This document shows, piece by piece, positions 36,133 to 47,932 of a stretch of 64,000 bases of DNA. The notes under the pieces are model-generated. The model was not told the DNA's origin and ran no database searches. It saw only the letters and a program-made list of their open reading frames with translations. A program made the translations under genes and the position numbers. Source of the stretch: Leucoraja ocellata (taxonomy: Eukaryota); contig JAWMAR010000243.1 in NCBI GenBank assembly GCA_036785375.1, positions 1,364,001-1,428,000 on the forward strand. Reading direction: 5' to 3'. Numbering within the stretch: the first letter of the stretch is position 1; every line of letters starts with the position of its first letter.

Positions 36133-39100
36133 CACTTTATCTGCCCTCTCTTGAAGCTAAGCGGGGAGTTTATCCTAGGGTACCCTGGCCAATATTTATC
36201 TTTCACCCAACAGCATTAGAAACAGATCATCATATTCCTGTTTGATGGATCTTGCTGTGCCTTTCGATCAAATCAGTAGCTGCAACACTTCGGGTGTTAT
36301 TCAGTGAGTGTGGAACATCGGTGCTGCCTTGAAGTTGAGGCGAGCTCAGTAACAAACATTTAGGGGGTGAACATTCAGGGACCATTTAATGGAGCTAATC
36401 AAAGCCAAGCCCTATCTCATTCATACCTAACATTCTTTCAAAAAATGACACATGCCTGATCCCAAACCATCAACTAGATCATTTGTTTGCCCATTACTGT
36501 TTAACCATTTATAAGAGCAGCTTCCCTTATTCACCAGGAATGACCAAGCACTGCTCCGGGTGATTAGCCCATGGTATGTCTGATCTGTTAGTGGAGCCGA
36601 GGAACCCTCGCTTCCCACTCTCCATGCTCTGGCCTTTCAAACTCGGATGTCAATTCCACCATTGGCAAGAAACATCCAAACAGAGGGGGAAACAACTGCG
36701 TTGATTTTGCAGGATTACATTTTTTAACTCAACAGAGCCACAAGTTCGTGCCTTATTTTCTAGATTGTTTATTGTCAGGAAACCAGCTGGCAGGGGGAAC
36801 GAACATAGCGCCTGCAATAGAAAAGGCCCTACAATGACAGGAGAACAATCTCAACCCAGTTTGATTTTGAAATGTACACGGATCACAGAGAATGCAATCC
36901 CTCAGCATGTCCGTGAAGAGTCACAGACCTCCAACCATTGCTGAATCTCAATTATCTCCAGTCAGCGCCACAGCCATAATTACATCATTAATGCCCGACT
37001 TGAAACTTTGCAATATTCCCTGCTCAGGCTGTGTGACTAGCAGCATTCATTAGCCCCAACAATTGTGGCCTTGCACAATGCTGGGTCTATGAAAACTGAT
37101 TTCAGCAACACATTTGCTCAATAATGTATTGTTATTTTGCTCAATGCAGGCCAGACAAATAGGTTAAAGGTTTCAAATGAATGCAGGGACAAAGAAAAAA
37201 AAAATACAAGCACGCTGCAGTTTTTATCCACTCTTTCACTCCACCAGGGGTTGCAGGCCAGTGTTAGTGAAATACGCTGGGTCACTCTGGAACAGGCACG
37301 AATATGTGAAAGAAAGGAACATTTTCACAATGTAGCCAGTTCGTCAATAAATGCTGCAGTGTTAAGGAAGAACAGATCCCTCTTTTATTCCTACCATAAA
37401 TGCGCATAATCATAACGACAAATGCCTCTACACTCCTGATCAATCACATTGGAGATGATTCAACCATTACATTTCAGCTATTCACCCTTAAAATTCCCTC
37501 ACTGAAGAGGGCCATTTGGCCCATTGAGTCCATGCCACCTCCTTGTGAAACAATCCCTTCAACCCCATTTCCCCAGTCCTTTCCCAGAGCCCTGCAAATT
37601 ATTTCCCTTCAAGTGTCTTTCCAATCTCCTTATAAAACTTCTTTGTTGGTTGGAACTTCCAGGTCTCTGTGTAAAATGTTCTTCCTTAACTCTTCCCATG
37701 TAAGTTCTGACTGGGTGTGCCATGGCTGGTACAGCAATGCCAATGCAGAGAAATGCAAGAGACTGCAGAGGCTGGTAGAGTCATCATGGGCACAGCACTC
37801 CCCAACATCAAAAGGATCTACCATGAGATAGATGCTGCATCTGGACAGCGACCTCTGCCCTCAATGATCCCCTCCATCCGAACATTGCCCTCTTCTCATT
37901 GTTACCATCAGTCTGAAGTCCCACACCTCCAGGTTCAACAACAGCTACGTTCCTACAACTCCCAGGTTCAGCAAAATCCACCTCAGCAATGGAGCACTAA
38001 TGGGAGCAGTTTCCATCCACTTTAACTCATCCAAATCAGTCATAACGTTGTGCGCATGCTCATTCTTCATTAGTGGGAAAAAATAATGACCTGGCCCTGA
38101 CGAGTCTCACAGAAGTGTCAAACACAATGTGACAATAACAGGTGGTTCTAAGGAGGTTCTTACATTGAAATTGGGAAAATACAAAGATGGAGGCGATTAC
38201 AGAGAGAATTCCAAAGCTGTGCACCCGTTATCATGTGTCCTCAGACAGAGCGGCTACAGAACATGAGACTAGAATTAAAAGAGCATTTTAGTGTTGGTGG
38301 GCTGAAATAGGTAACTGAGATGGTGAGGTTGGCAAGTAAAACAATAACCTTAAGAAAGGTCATCCAAGATTTATTGCATGATGTACATCTGAAAGTAAAC
38401 AGCAATGTGTGTATGTACCTCTGTCTCTAAGTGAGTGTATCTATGGGTGTGTGAATGACGGACAAACTGATCTTGTCCCACCCTGACTTCACATTTCTCC
38501 ACCTCCTCGCCCCGCCTAGATTTCAGCACAGTTACTGCTCTGTGGATTAAAGCAGCGCCACTTCTTTGCAAGCATTATTCATTTTTTAAATTATGACAGC
38601 AATTTTTATATGCTGTAAGGGGAAAGCAATATTTCCAGATGGTATACCGATGCAACCATCAATCATTGTGCTGAGCTAATTCACTTGTTTGAACCCCTTA
38701 TTTCTGTGAACAATGTACTTGTTTTCTTTCTATCTCATGTGGAAACAATTATAGGCAAGCAAGAGTGCAGTTATCACTAATCAGAGCAGAGACGATTAAC
38801 GCAAATAGCCGATGATCAGATGGGTCAATGTTGATCCTGATATTCAAAGCCTTCTTGACCATGTGAGAGTCCCATAAATACCCTTTTAAAACAGATTTGT
38901 ACATGAGAGTGCACTTGGCAAGTCGTTTCCCCACCTTGTCTAAAATAGTGTGAAATTTTACAGCTTCAATCTATCTTCGAGCTCTTTGCAGAATGCAAGC
39001 TCTAACTAATTAGCAATATCACTAAGCCAGGGTAGCTAGATGTAAAAAAATTGAGATACATCACTAGAGACAGACTGCTCTTCATGGCTTGTCTCAGGTC

Positions 39101-40179
39101 ATGATAAGGGTGCAAGGAAAAGTGCTCTACACCCAATGATAATGGACCTGACCAGCCAAGATCACTGGATGATATAGTTTTACATCTATGATCACAGCAT
39201 TCTTTATGCTAGAGGGGAAATAATGTGTATTTATCACAAGCCTCCATGACCTTGGATACCCTGGAGAACTTTAAAAACAAGAGTTCTTGTAATTTAAGGA
39301 CCCATAGGAACCAATTTATGTACAGCAAAGACTCCCAATAAGCAATAGTCAGATAATATGAGTTATGAATGTTGGTTGAGGAATAAACAAAAATTGCTCC
39401 TGTGAAATAGCAATGGGCTTATCCCATCCCCAACCTAATTAGAGGGAGCAGCCCTGTGAGAAGCCTTTCAGTGATTCATATCTCGTCTGGTGACTAATGT
39501 AAGCTGGAGATGGGACCTGCAGCATAGATATGATTCATTGTTGACATGCAAAATTTCAGATCATAACCTTATTGTTCCATCCAGGAGCAGCTGAGTGATT
39601 TGGTTGCATCCATATCCATGTTCCTTACATTTTCTACCTTGCATCCGTATAACCCCGTCTTACTTTACATCTTCAAGGCTTGGTTTCTTGAAAGGATATC
39701 GGCCTGACATATGATTGATTCCAGCATTTCTTTTCCTTTCAGATTTCCAGCAGCTACAGTATCTTAATTCCTCTATTTGTAATCTGTTGCAATACAAATC
39801 CTCCTGCATGCAAGATTTTCACTGTACCTTGCCTCATTGTGCATGTGGCAATAAATTAGATTTAACCTGAATTCCATCCACACGTGACCTGAATTCCAAT
39901 TCAACAACATTCCACATGATGGCCAGATGCCGATAAACAGCTCACAAACTCAATATAATATATTTCCTTTACAATTCCTTTCTTTTGGCAGTTATTCTGA
40001 ATCAATGGGAAAAGGAATCGTCCGAATCATCTTTAGGTTTCTAAATTATGCTAAAAGTTAAACAATAGTTACCAGAAAAAATCCAATATTATGAGCAAAC
40101 ATATCCCCTCACTACCATATTAAAGTATTTCTGAAATTAATTTAGATTTTCTGCCTCTGCTATCTATCCCTGAAGTGTT

Positions 40180-40620
40180 CATCGTAGCTCAGCTAATGAT
40201 GCTTCTTAATTCGGATACAGAAGGTCATGGGTTTAAATACCATACGAGAAGTTAGTTCTGATGGTATATGTATGGGCTGACTGTTTCAATTCTAATACCA
40301 TGGGAGTGATCCACTGTTGGAGTGACCGTCTTTGTGGATGAGACATAGAACAGTGGATCCAGATTTCCTTGGAGCTGGATGTAGAAACCCTCTTGGCAGA
40401 ATTTCCAAGACATCCAAGGCAGTTTGCATCAATGAACACCTATCCATAATCCTTCATCACCAAGAATAGATAAATAGGCCATTGCCCCATCATTCTTTAA
40501 GGGTGTTTTCTGTGCACAAACTGGACACTCCATTTCCTACAGTGCAGCAGTGAATTCGATGACACTCATAACATTTTAGGATGCTATTTTGGTTGTGAAG
40601 GAGGCATTAGAAATATATTA
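40180..40620 (+). mobile_element. Ancient Deu-domain SINE (SacSINE1/AmnSINE-like)
   Basis: GGGAGTGATCCACTGTTGGAG..CGTCTTT..GATGAGACA core. Related fragments at about 8600-8710, 36150-36340, 39220-39420, 52590-52740, 54620-54880, 63130-63300. Confidence 0.6.
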
Positions 40621-43110
40621 ATTGCTTTCATTTCCTGGTCTGCAGTCTCTATATTTGCCTTTTACAAGGCAGAACTAGGGAGGGGTCAGTTCTGGCCATT
40701 CAGTGCCAGGTGGTAGTAGCGATACTTCCACCGAGCTGCTTTGAGTTTCCTCTTTCAGTAGCTATATGAAACTGCATGCCTGTTTGTTAGCTAAGGGCAG
40801 GGGTAGGCTGTGGCCCTCCCCCATGGCTTAAGTGATGCCAATACCTATTACCCTGGTGACGCTTGATGAACAGCAGTGTTGGACAGAACTCCACTCCCAC
40901 TCAAGGCTGCAAAAGGTTAATGATCTGTATGTTCAAAGTGCAGGCCAGCCTTCACTGGCTAATGTACAGAGCAGACCAGCACACTGCATTCCCTCCTCTT
41001 GATATTACAAAAGGAGAAATTGTTCTTGGTGTTCTATTGATGTGACTTTTGTTGAAGGCTGCAGAGCCTGTTTCCAGGTATTGTGGCTTACTGTTGGACG
41101 TTTTATTTTTAATCCAAGTGTCCTTGAGTCTTTTTTTTTTAAAGCCACACCTACAATAAAACAAGTTGCAGAGGATTACATTTCAGGATGTTCCAAGACC
41201 ACAGAGAATGTAGCTAGATTTTCCACGTGAGATTCAGTGCATCTTAAAAAGTAATTAAATAATGTTAAATGGACCTTACACCAGAGGCTGATTTCATTCC
41301 CGAATGTGATTATAAGGCATCTACAAAGCAGAAGAGGCTCAGATTAATAAAGGGCAATGGTGCAATGTTACACTTAGGCTGAGCATTTATTAACTAAGTG
41401 CTAACTGTCCTGAACTGAGGAGGTAGATAACCTGCTATTATGGTGGTCGACTTGGAGACGCATATTGAACAGACAATGGCAGGATACAAAGGCAGATTTC
41501 CTTCCCCGAAGGACATTAGGCATCTGATTATCTGGAAATGGGAGAAGCAAGTGCAAGCGTGATGCCTTCGGACGTCAAATGACCACTTTGGATGAGCAGT
41601 GCATCATATCGATTGGTGGCAGCAAGAACAGGTTAGTGTGGAGTTAGCACATCCTCCCTGTGACTGCAAGGATATCTGTTGTGTCCTCCAGTTTCCTCCC
41701 AGATCCCAAAGACATGCAAGTTTGCAGGTTAATTGGCCTCTACAAATTGCCCCCAGTGTGTATCTAGTGGGGCAACATAGAACTAGTGTGAACGAGCGAT
41801 CGATTTTCAGTGTGGACTTAGAAATGGGCCTTTCGGCACACCATGTGGTATATTGCAATGAGATCGAATCAATACCACAGAAACACAAGGGCAGTTTCAA
41901 CTTGGATTGCAGTTAAAAATGCAGAGATCACAAATTCACCTTGGTACAGTTAACTTAAATCAGCCTAACTTTTCATCTTTGATAGAGCAAATTACTGATG
42001 TCTCCTTGTGTCAATGAGCTATGTAGACAATTTTCACTCTTCTACATTTAGGCCAAAAAATGGCCACGGTGTATCTATTTAGACCGATCCCAAGCCATTC
42101 CTTAAAAAAAAAATCTACAATTTTGCTACACAAAGTATGAGAAATCCTCTCCTGCTGCAGAATAAATTGCAATCATTGCACGCCTGAAATAAATTGTTCT
42201 GCAAACTGTAGAAAGTGGGCAGCTGGAAAATCACGTAATATTTGATTCAGTTTGTGATACAAGAAATTGCAGATGCTGGAATCTCGAGTGAAAACACAAA
42301 GTGCTGGAGGAACGCAGTGGTTCAGCCAGCATCTGTGGAGAGAGGGGACGGTCGACGTTTCCAGTCGGGACTTTTCCACAGACCTCATTCCCTTCACAGA
42401 TGCTGCCTGGCTCACTGCGTTCCTGCAGCACTTTGTTTTTGAGCAATTGAAATAGTTACACCAATTGTCTAGTTCCATTTACGAGTTCATTTTTTGTACA
42501 AAAATGTAACTCTTGGAGAGCCTCTTTTTCCCCTGAATAGGTCAAAAGACGCAGGGAAAAATAATGGAATAACATCCCATTAATCCGAGACTGGTGCTGA
42601 TAATACCACACCCCCCTCCTTCCCCAGGCGCGATTCCTCACTGGGTTACAGTAAGCAGAGTTAAACACATGATTAAGTGGCATTACAACACCTCATGACA
42701 CCAGCGGGATTCCACTACACAAACAAACACATTGCAGAAATTACTCAGAACTGCATAGTAACTGCGGGGATGGCTCATAATGCGCCAACTAACCGGTGAA
42801 AATATGTTTCCTGCAATCACAGAATTCTTCCAGACCGCGGATTGCATGCCAGTTCCTGGTCAAAAAAAACAAATACGGCAGTCCCATCCCCTCCAAACTT
42901 TTTCCTCTTGCTTGTCCGTCCAATTGACTGACTGATTATGTTTCCACCGTCCTTTTGATGCAATTCCAGATGGAGATTATTCTAATATATTTGCAGCCCA
43001 TCTGGGCTAGTTTCTGGTCTAAATGTTTACATCTGTGACCGCAGTTGAAGCATCCACTAACGGAACCGCTCCCTTCATCACAGGGAGTTTTACACTCCAT
43101 CCAAGCTTAC

Positions 43111-43293
43111 CTCGGTTAGGGGGAGATCAGGATCCAACTGCGTGAATCTGTTGAGGACCACGGAGCTCGGGTCTCCAGTCACCTCCAGTCTCACCGCATC
43201 CCACAGGTTCTTCATGCGTCTCGAACTGTCAAACATCTTTTGCCCGCCCTCTGCGCAGTCATTTTGCAACTCCGGCCACGTTAGGTAAACCAT
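43111..43293 (-). CDS. RALGDS: RALGDS coding exon 1 (183 nt) MVYLTWPELQNDCAEGGQKMFDSSRRMKNLWDAVRLEVTGDPSSVVLNRFTQLDPDLPLTE
   Basis: Matches the recalled human N-terminus (VWDAVRLEV...SFTQLDPDLP); donor GAG|GTAAG, phase 0. Confidence 0.9.
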
Positions 43294-43299
43294 GAGAAA

Positions 43300-43530
43300 G
43301 GCTTGCGTGTATTGTGTGTCCCCACTTGTTAAAATGACAAGAAACAAGCTATCTCGGTTCGTAAAGAGCCAAGGGCGAATGTAAACACGAGTGCTGGGTC
43401 CTTTTAAAGAAAGACCTTGCTTCAACTCAGCGGAGCCGCGGCTGAGCCATAAATGGGAGGTGGCAGCGAGTGACTGCGATTCACACCCGCCCTCTGGGGC
43501 AGCCAGCCAGCCCAATGATGTCACTATTGT
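43300..43530 (-). promoter_or_regulatory. Putative proximal promoter/5'UTR of RALGDS exon 1
   Basis: CpG-enriched unique DNA; CCATAAATGG (CArG, 43447-43456), GC box CCCGCCC (~43486-43492), TGATGTCA (CRE-like, ~43516-43523), GTAAACA (forkhead, 43381). Confidence 0.55.
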
Positions 43531-45057
43531 TCAACGGAGCCTCCTGCAGACTCACAATAGTGGACTAGACTTCCCTGGGCACCGGATTGCATCAAATATT
43601 CAATACACAGTCCACATTCCAGTTGATTAAATTGTTTTAAAATCGCCACGTTCAACGTGACCTTTAAATGAAGTGCATTGCTTTCGTTAAAAATAAATTC
43701 AGACCATCAGTTATTAACCGTTTGTTTCTCCGACTACACTCCAATCCAGTGTAGACTGTACTCCACCACATGTTTTCTGGCCCTTGTTTTCAAGCCACAG
43801 CTAGCTCTATGTTGATACCCCCAAGAAAACTTCCCTGTGGAGACCTCGGTCTCACTTTCAAAGGGCACTTTGGAGAAGAGTTTAGTTAGGTTGTAAATTT
43901 GTCACTAATACATCTGGCCCGTGGAATCACAGCCAAGTGGCCCAGTGCAAAACAAAATCATCAAAAAGCAGAACGAATTATCTGATGCGGCATCGCAATT
44001 CAATGCTAACAAATCGACAAGTACGAAGATCGATGACCTTCTGAGTGATCAACAGTTAGAGTGACAGACCATTAAGGCTTGGTAGGAAAACACTGCAGCC
44101 CAAGGTCCGACCGCGGCTGGACAGTGAAGGGGCTGGGCCCTGCTAATGATTGAACTCCGCAAATATTTGAATGTACAGTTCAGAGGCCTCTGCTTTGTAA
44201 ACTGTACGTATTGTTTTGATTGTGCAATAATTCCATACACGTGATGACATTATGAATGTAAAAAAATAGATCCATTATATTTCAATATATATGTTCTTAT
44301 GAATACATTTTATTCTCCGAATGACAGTGAGCTTGGCTGTGGGCCGGTTTCTATGCTGCAAGACGCTGTGATCATGAAACCATCCTATTTTCACCCCCAA
44401 CATATTGGGTCCAGGAAGCTTCCAACCACAGTCGCTACTCCAGGAGGGACGCAAGAGCAGTCACTATGTTGCCCCGTGTGGTCAGCTCCGGCACAACATT
44501 GCCTTCAACTTTAATTATAAATAAAAATGTTAATGCTGGAAATCCGAAATTAAAAACGGAAACTGCTCGGTAAAGTCAAAAGTCAGACAGCATCTGTGGA
44601 AACAGAACAATTTTAATTAATCAGAACTGAGAAAGACGAACAATTCAGATGATCCCAACTTGTACAAGAAATCTAGGTACCACCTTGGCAAAGCCATCAG
44701 GGACGTCACAAAACAATTCCAGACCAAGCTATGGTCCCAGACTAACCACGCAGACATCCATCCATCCATTCTGGCAAGACTCGCATGTGATAAGAGTCTA
44801 CAAAGCGAAGTTGGGCCGAATCCCTGCAACAATGCATCCTTCCCCGACAAGCTCAATTTTAACAGGTCAGTGGAGTGAAGTCACCTGCCCCAACAGCATC
44901 GGGTGCACATGTACCTATGGTCACCGTCACAGATATTAGATTGGCCTTCCTGAAAGTGAACCCATGGAAAATCAATTGGAGCTCTCAGAACCTGCATGGA
45001 CCAGCAGCTGACTGGCTATTTGCAAACATCTTAAACCTCTCCCTACTTGTATCTGAG

Positions 45058-45507
45058 GGTTTGTCCCATACGGGACTGTCCTCGTCCGGCCCCGCCTCAC
45101 CCGTCCCGATGAAGTGCAACCCATGGAGTGCAGCTGCAGAGCCTCCCCCGTGGCCCCGTTGGTCGGCAGCCCGGCCAGCTGTCCGACCTTCGGACCTTCG
45201 CTTACCGCGGACACCACCATCCTTCTCCCTCCTTCTCATGGCCGATCATCGGTTCAAGAGTTGGATGTGACGAATAAACTCGACTTTGACTTTTGGATGG
45301 GTGCTGGACTTTGCACTCAACGCCGCGCAGCCCGGGCTAAAACTCCTCAACTGGCCCGCCGGCTGGGCTTTGTGTGCAGTCCAGCACCCGGGCCAACTCA
45401 TCATTCACCCAGCCACATCCGAGTCGGTCAATGAATTGTCGTCGGGAATTAGTCCCTTATTTTGACCTTTTGTCCCTTATTTGGGAGTGAGAAAGTTGGC
45501 AACCCTA
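45058..45507. mobile_element. GC-rich hAT-like non-autonomous element, left end lost, inserted in a Rex/Babar LINE
   Basis: Right terminus GTTGGCAACCCTA (TAGGGTTGCCAAC type); subterminal GTCCCTTATTT repeats; interrupts an RT-coding LINE. Confidence 0.6.
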
Positions 45508-45829
45508 GTCCCACCCGGTTTAAGAAAGCCTCTATCATCGTAAAACCAAAGATACTATGCGATAATGACTACCCTCCAGTGGCTCTGACATCCACCATCA
45601 CTAAGTGCTTTGGGAGGCCAGCCATGGTGTATACAAACTCCAGCCTCCAGACAGCCTTTTGCTGCCTGGAGGCAATTTGCCTAATACTGCAACAGGTCTA
45701 AGGCAGATGCCATCTCCCTGGCCCTGAAACATCTGAATAACAAGAACACCTACATCAGATTCAATCAAACCCATCACCAAACTCCGGGACCTAGGTCTCA
45801 GCACCCCTATCTGGATCCTGGTGTTCCTG

Positions 45830-45935
45830 ACATAGAAACATAGAAAATAGGTGCAGGAGTAGGCCATTCGACCCTTCGAGCCTGCACCGCCATTCAATAT
45901 GATCATGGCTGATCATCCAACTCAATATCCTGTAC
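45830..45935 (-). mobile_element. CR1 3' tail nested in the Rex/Babar LINE
   Basis: (CATAGAAA)2 tail and CR1 3'UTR. Confidence 0.8.
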
Positions 45936-47556
45936 TCATAGGTACATGTGATCCATAGGTACCGCAATTAATAAGGAAAGGCAACAAAACATCCTCTATG
46001 ATAATTTACAGCATTGGTGCCCACAAGGCCTTATTCTCAGCCCCATAACTAGGTTTACAAATTTGCAGATGACACCACTGTAGTGTGCCAGATCTCAAAT
46101 AACGACGAGACTGAGCACAGGAAGGAGATAGAGAGCTTAGTGGCGTGGTGTCAAGGTAACAACCTTTCCCTCAATGTTAACAAAGGGAAGAAGCTGGTCT
46201 TTGACTTTACGAGTGGGGTAGGCTGCACGCCCCAGATTGTGCTGAGATAGAGATGGTCGAGAGTTTCAAGTTCTTTTGTGTAAATATTACCAATAATGTG
46301 TCCTGGTCTAACCATATTAATGCTATATCTAAGAAAGAATACCATTGCCTGGACTAACTCAGAAGGAAATTTGGTATGTTTCCGATGGATTTACCAATTT
46401 CTACAGATAAATAAAATCTGTATGCATCACAGCTTGGTATAGCAGCGGCTGTGCTCAAACTGCAAGATATTGCAGAGATGTGAATGCATCCCTGTCCAGT
46501 CTCTCCCCCACACTGCAACATGAAAGCAGCCGACATAATCAATAACAACTCACAACCCGATCATTCTATCATCTCCTCTCTCCCATCGGGCAGAAGATAC
46601 AAATACTTGAAAGCACATCTCGACCAGAACACTGAATTGGGATCAGAGTATTCCTCTTGCTCTGACATTCTGACAAGCAAGTAGCATGATTGGCAGTTAA
46701 GGCAAAACACTTAGTTCCATGCAACTGCAAAATGACAACATTACCATGAAGTCAGAACTGTCCCATTTTACTTAGCCCTAGCCGAAAGTCACATGATCAG
46801 AACTCCTGGAATGTTTCCAACTCAGAACTGGCAGCTCTGCTGTGCTTTTCAGCTTTATTCACTAAGTGGTCTACCCTCTGATGGGAGCCTGGCAGTGAGT
46901 GTCCTTAATTAGATTTACTGATCAGTCCAGCAGGTTTTAATGATTAACATTGTTTTCTGTCGCAGTTGGCAGCAGGACTGCACTGCAGGAGGGGAACTGC
47001 AGCAGAGTGGAATGCAAGCTCCTGCCAAATGATGACCTCTGTCTCATCGGGGATACCTTGCACTGGGGCTGCTTTCAAAAGAAGGTCGGTCGCTAATCAC
47101 AGAACAATAGTTTCAGATAATTGACAAAAAAAAAATCTGTGAGGTGCATTATAATCTAGCATGCACAAAAGGTGGATGCAACTCAATGGCAACTTTCAAT
47201 TAAGAATCCATTATGAACTTGAAGGGGAACTGGAATTAATTATTTCCACGAGTAGGCACAGGCAAGGTAAACAAATGTGATGCTACTTCTGCAGGAAAAA
47301 TGTAAAGGACAACATTTGATCAATATCACCATCCGACTCAGCCATGCCAGGACTAATATTTTTCTTGAAGCACTTTATTCAAGTGGTCGTTCTTCACTGG
47401 TGACAACACAGCATCAGCAGGCGATTAATAGTCACGTGCAAATGTGGACCTGTCATCACCTGATGTTCACACATGCACATTGCCACAGTAATTAGTACAG
47501 TGAAATAACCCTTCAGAGATTGGGAATGCTGAGGCTTCCTCGCTGCCAGCTAAGGA

Positions 47557-47932
47557 AGCATGCAGCATGCAGCAAGCGCAACCTAACGTGGTCGCTTGAG
47601 CCGCACGGGGCTGGTCCCACTTCGATCGCCGGAGCTGTATGGAGTTGTGCGGAGCTGGTCCCGACATCGCGCGGTGCTCCGAAAAACTGACCATGTTTAA
47701 AAATTCCGCGCGGCAACGACCTGCCGGCCCGCAGCCGCTTCAACGTCGTGTCACTCACTCGACCTCCGCGCGGCTCCCGCTTCTGGTTTGGTCGCGCTTG
47801 CCGCATGCCGTACGGCTCAAGCGACCACGTTAGGTCGCACGACTGATTGCCGCATGCAGGCGCATGCTGGTGGGACCGGCCCTTTAGGTCGCCCTTGCCG
47901 CATGCAGGTCGCATGCTCGTGGGACAGGCCCT
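47557..47932. mobile_element. CpG-rich Harbinger-type MITE, left end missing, right end doubled
   Basis: Two right termini GTGGGACCGGCCCT|TTA (47883) and GTGGGACAGGCCCT|TAA (47932); internal inverted repeats (AACGTGGTCGCTTGAGCCG / CGGCTCAAGCGACCACGTT). Confidence 0.7.

Larger units (their letters stand above)
44640..46620 (+). mobile_element. Degraded Rex1/Babar-clade LINE reverse transcriptase fragment
   Basis: Broken frames: LFANILNLSL, FKKASII..K...NDYPPVALTSTITKCF, KFADDTTVV.QISNNDETEHRKEIESLVAWCQGNNLSLNVNK. Confidence 0.8.

Noticed and set aside
43294-43524. 77-codon in-frame open extension upstream of the exon 1 ATG (GTG start in ORF track)
   Set aside because: No AUG and no recognisable homology; overlaps promoter motifs; homology begins at the ATG at 43293.
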